A stretch of DNA of 64,000 bases from Cyanophora paradoxa CCMP329 (taxonomy: Eukaryota > Plantae > Glaucophyta), in the NCBI GenBank assembly GCA_004431415.1, contig QPMI01000597.1:34131-98130 (forward strand), read 5' to 3'. The notes beneath the pieces are model-generated. The model was given only the letters and a program-made list of their open reading frames with translations. It was not told the DNA's origin and did no database searches. Of the stretch, positions 60,201 through 64,000 are shown in pieces. The translations under genes were made by a program, and so were the position numbers. The first letter of the stretch is position 1; every line of letters starts with the position of its first letter.

Positions 60201-60517
60201 ACTTTCTCCGTGTTCCTCGCCTCCGCCGAGAAGAGATTCTCGACGGAGAGTGCATCTGCCGGACCGCGTTAAGCATGCTCGAGACACGCGGACCCAAGTG
60301 CGCACTTTCGTGCAGGGCGTCGAGCAGATGGTGCACGACTGCCGGGATCTCGGCCTTGTCAGCCTTCACGACATCCTCGAGGGGCTCCCCGAAGACCTTC
60401 TTGCCCCCTGTTCCCACTGCGCATGCAACGCCTTAGCTAACGGTGCAAGGGGTTCGAGGACTGCGCGAGGTCTGCGAGGCTCGAAGGGACTTAGCGAAGG
60501 CTAGCTAGAGAGGCCAT
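54239..60517 (-). CDS. RhoGAP-like domain + coiled coils + C2 domains
   Basis: RhoGAP-like: VFGEPLEDVV..IPAVV, VAEVLKLYLRELPDPPF, AFGPLL. Canonical C2: AKGLANKDAVGKSDPY..TKVVDNNLDPVWNE..VFDKD..DDFLG. Two further C2-like segments at ~56500-57420. Both ends approximate. Confidence 0.82.
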
Positions 60518-60744
60518 GGCGGGGTGCGGCGCGGGGCAAGGCACGCGAAACTATCGGACAACTCGTAACTCTTTCTTAGGACGTCCGGCGAGCTGAGCAT
60601 TGGGGACTCAACGACTAGTCCGTATTCAGCTCAGGCAAGGGCAAGACTAGCTAGGAACTGTATGCAAGATACGCACGGAAGCCGAGGAGCTTCTTCATCG
60701 AGCCCGCCGGGCTCGCGCTGACCTCACTGGTTTTCGCTTCGCAG

Positions 60745-62337
60745 TCGTCGTCGCGTACCCCCCGAAAAAAGGTCCCTTCGGTCCGACTGCTGTCGGACTG
60801 CCGTCCCTGCGAGACGAGGCCGTTCCTGCGCTTTTTGTGCGGGAAAATGCTCCCTGGGCCAGGTGCCCCCCCCCCCGCCGACGCCGGTCCCGCACATTTC
60901 TGCGTCTCCTGCGTCGGCGAACTCTTGATTCCCGCAGAGAACGGCGACGCAGCCGCTCAGGAAGCACGTCACCTCGAATTCGACGGTCTTGGTCGCGGCG
61001 CCGCGGTGCGGGACGACTCTCCGTGCCGCGACACGCGCGCAAGGGCTTCGCCGCCCTTTTTTGTTGAGAGCGATCTTGAGGAAGATGAAGGATGGGACTC
61101 GAGCGGGTTTGAGCCTGCGCCGGTCTCCAACGTGGAGCGCCTGCCCGACGAGGCCCGCGCCGCAATCAATGGCCATACCCGCGGCGCAAGCTGAAAAGCG
61201 ATCTCGCGCAGGTCCTCGCCATATGTTTCGCCAAACTGCCCTCGAGGTGCGCGGCCTGAGTGTCGCAGCGCCGCCGCGCGTTTCCCTGCGTCGTCGATTC
61301 GCGCGCGGCAGGGATCGCGCGAACGTGCGCTTGACGAGTCGGCGCTGGAACGCTGTCGGGAACACCGTCGAACGTCAGATCGCAGTCAGCATTCGGGAGG
61401 CAGCCCGGGACGCGGTGCGTGCGGCGGCGCTGTGCGGGACAGGGAGCGCTGACTGACTTCGGCGCAGCTTAAGCTGGTGTCTAGCGGGGAGCTTCGCGAG
61501 TCCGGCTTGCAGGCGCAGCGCCCAATGCACGTGGGCCTGCTGGGCGGGCTCGGCCTCGAGGTCCGCGCGCGGCCGCACTGGTCGTCCGTTTGCGATCCTC
61601 GCGCAGGCGGTGAGCGACTTCCTGGAGAAGGCGGTGGCGACTCTGTGCACGATCCAGGAGACGCAGGTGCGGGGCGCGCGGGGCGCGCGCGCCCCATCCG
61701 CCCACTTCGGACGCCGCGCAGGGCCTGGAAGAGGATTTGCGGGTTCTGGCGCGGGTCGAGCACCCGAAGTTCCTCCGCGTGTGCAGCCGCAGGAGGGCTC
61801 GCTACCAGCGCCACCGCGCTCTGTGCGCGCAGAGCGCCTCGCGTCCGGCGCTCGACTTTGACGCGCGCGGGGCGCAGTTGCACGCACCCGGAGAGCTGGG
61901 AGCTCTCCTGCGGGCGGCTCTTCGACGTGCGGAGCCCCGGGGCGTGCCGGTTCCACTTCTCGGAGTACCTGAACGGGGGCGACCTCGGCACGCTCGTCGC
62001 GCGCTGGCCCTGCTGCCAGGCCCCCACGGTGCGGCCTCTCCCGCGCCCACCCGCGTAGCCCGGCCCCGCCGCAGCGAGCGCCGGCGCAGGTCTTCACGGC
62101 GGGCTGCACCGCGGGGCCCCACGCGGAGGACCCCGCCGCGCCCGTCCCCGAGGGCTGGCGCCAGCCCCGCCGGGGCGAGCGAGAGGGCGGCGGCGCGGCG
62201 GGGCGGGGCGCCTGGAGGCGGCCCCGGCGCGGGCCTCGAGCTCGGCGGGGTCGAGCCCGCGCTTCCGCGAGGCGGACGGCCGCGCCGACGACGCCTGGTC
62301 CCACGCCGACAGCGCCAGCCCCCGCTCCCCGCGCTGA
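60745..62337 (+). CDS. F-box protein with a C-terminal Btk/CHORD-like Cys/His motif
   Basis: ERLPDE|VLAICFAKLPSR|DRANVRLTSRRWN and CRFH...RWPCCQAPT|VFTAGCTAGPH. Start not resolved. Confidence 0.72.
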
Positions 62338-63029
62338 ACTGAGCCCAGCCACGTGCGCTTGAGCTCCCGAGCGGGGCGCCCCGACCCAGGCTCCGCCCCC
62401 GACTCTGCCCGGCACCTATTTGTACATACTCTTCGTTTTTCGCTTAAGTTATTCACGATTCGTGCTCGTGGGCCGACCTGTGCACGTGCTGAACCACGTG
62501 ATTGCAATGCGCGCTGCGCATGCTGTGACGCCGTAGTCTGTTCGCGGCGCCCTAGCTGCATACGCATGCCGCGCGGCATCCGGCACGTCAATATCCCGGC
62601 CCGCGGCGCCCCGCTGTCGCGCCGGCTTTCAGCAGCATGCACTGCCGATGTCGCGCTGTGAGCGCGCCGATGAAGCGGTATCCCCCCAGCGACGCTGTGA
62701 CGCCGCTGTCACTCGTCGCTGTGACGCTGCAGCTGTCGGCGCGCTGCCTGCTCAGCCTGTTCTCCAGTTGCGAGATCGAGCCCAAACGAGCTGCGGCAAG
62801 CTGTAGAGCGCGTGCACGTGGATCCCGCCGGATTGCGCAATACGCGCGCGCGCAGCTGACGCAACACGCGCATCTTCACTGACTTGCATACTATTACTTA
62901 TACGCCGCACATCGAGCTGCAGCTGTAAGCGGTGTTGCAGAGGAGCTTGCGTACGTGGGAACTTCAGCTCGCCCGGCCCGCGCCCCGGCCGCTAGCAGCT
63001 GACGTCTCGATGCAGCTGCAGAGCTCGCC

Positions 63030-64000
63030 ATGGCGGACAACACGCATTCAATGCGAGGCGACGGCTTCTACAACAAGGTCTGCCGCCCGCTGCGCCGCTC
63101 GCGCCCAGTTCGAATTCGCGCGAGCCAAGGCGGCCCGCGCGGCTCGCAGAACTCGCTCCTGCAGCGGAACATGCTGGAGACGGCGACCGATCTGCTGGAC
63201 CAGGTCGCCGAAGCGATGGACTTCGAGGGGCGCCCCTCGGCCACCCTCGCAGACTTCGGCGCCTCGCAGGCGCGCCCCGCTCCTCCCCCGCGCGCGGCCT
63301 GCCAGCGAGCCCGCGAGCGGGGCGAGGGCGTGCAGGGCCGGAACTCGGTGGTGGCGCTGGCGGGGGCGGTGAGGGCGCTGCGGCGGCGGGCGGCGGGCCT
63401 GGCCGTCCACTGCGTCTTCAACGACCTCCCCTCGAACGACTGGAACACGCTCGCGCGGCTGCTCGCCGACCCCGCCTGCGCCCTCACCGCCCTCGGCGCC
63501 GTCTACACGACCCTCGCCCCCCGCTCCTTCTACGAGCAGGTGCAGGGCCCCGGCGCCGCCGGCCCGCCGCCTCGCGCCCCGCGAGCTCCCCGCAGGTGCT
63601 CCCGCCGGGGTCGGTGGACTGCGGCTTCTCGTTCACGGCGCTCCACTGGATGCGCCGCGTCCCCGTGGAGGCGCCCTCCGCCTTCTACCCCGACGACCTG
63701 CCCCCGCACGGTGCCCCTCCGTCCCGTGGGGCCCCGCTGGCGCTGATCGGCGGCTCCCGCAGAGCGCGCGGCGTTCGCGGAGCAGGCGGCGAAAGACTGG
63801 GAGGCCTTCCTCGTGGCGCGCCGGGCGGAGCTGCGCCCCGGCGGCCGCCTCTGCCTCGTCTTCCCCGCCCGCCGCGACGACGGCGCCTCCTGCCTCGCCG
63901 AGTGGGTCCGCCCCTACGACAGCGCCCTCCGCGCCGCCGAGGCCGTGCGCCCCCCGCCCGCCCCGCCCCCCGCCCGGCCTGGCCCCGCTGACTCGGCGGG
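63030..64000 (+). CDS. SABATH-family SAM-dependent carboxyl methyltransferase, 5' part
   Basis: MRGDGFYNK|NSLLQ, ADFGASQ|GRNS, FNDLPSNDWNTL, RSFYEQ|VLP..SFTALHW and DWEAFLVARRAELRPGG. Confidence 0.93.

Noticed and set aside
1-64000. Hundreds of long overlapping and antisense ORFs rich in Arg/Pro/Gly/Ala
   Set aside because: Expected from stop-codon scarcity at very high GC. The real proteins appear only after splicing.

Overview
This is a very GC-rich, intron-dense eukaryotic (algal or protist) genomic window with about 21 protein-coding genes, many in head-to-head pairs. Its style recalls the glaucophyte Cyanophora, but that is an unverified impression. The six-frame ORF track is mostly GC artefact, so genes were rebuilt by hand across short introns and coordinates are approximate. 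Recognisable genes: a STAND/ADCY10-like C-terminus, a TM RING-H2 E3 ligase, an SLC25A44-like carrier, a class IV aminotransferase, a CAP+2xLIM protein, a LYR protein, a PEHE (KANSL1/MSL1-like) protein, a beta-helix protein, CEBPZ/Mak21, a START-like+HMG-box protein, a GT77 glycosyltransferase, CHFR, a CBM20+NADAR protein, a RhoGAP-like+C2 protein, an F-box protein and a SABATH methyltransferase. Non-coding features: a non-autonomous hAT element with an exact 8-bp TSD and a ~145-bp tandem array. Most notable observations: (1) a ~170-200 bp oscillation of G-rich and C-rich tracts written into synonymous codon positions, with introns at the C-to-G switches; (2) very frequent GC-AG introns; (3) a candidate ligand-sensing transcription factor joining a START-like domain to a MATA/SOX-type HMG box; (4) a starch-binding CBM20-NADAR fusion with a degenerate catalytic motif, head-to-head with PBZ-containing CHFR; (5) palindrome-saturated intergenic DNA.
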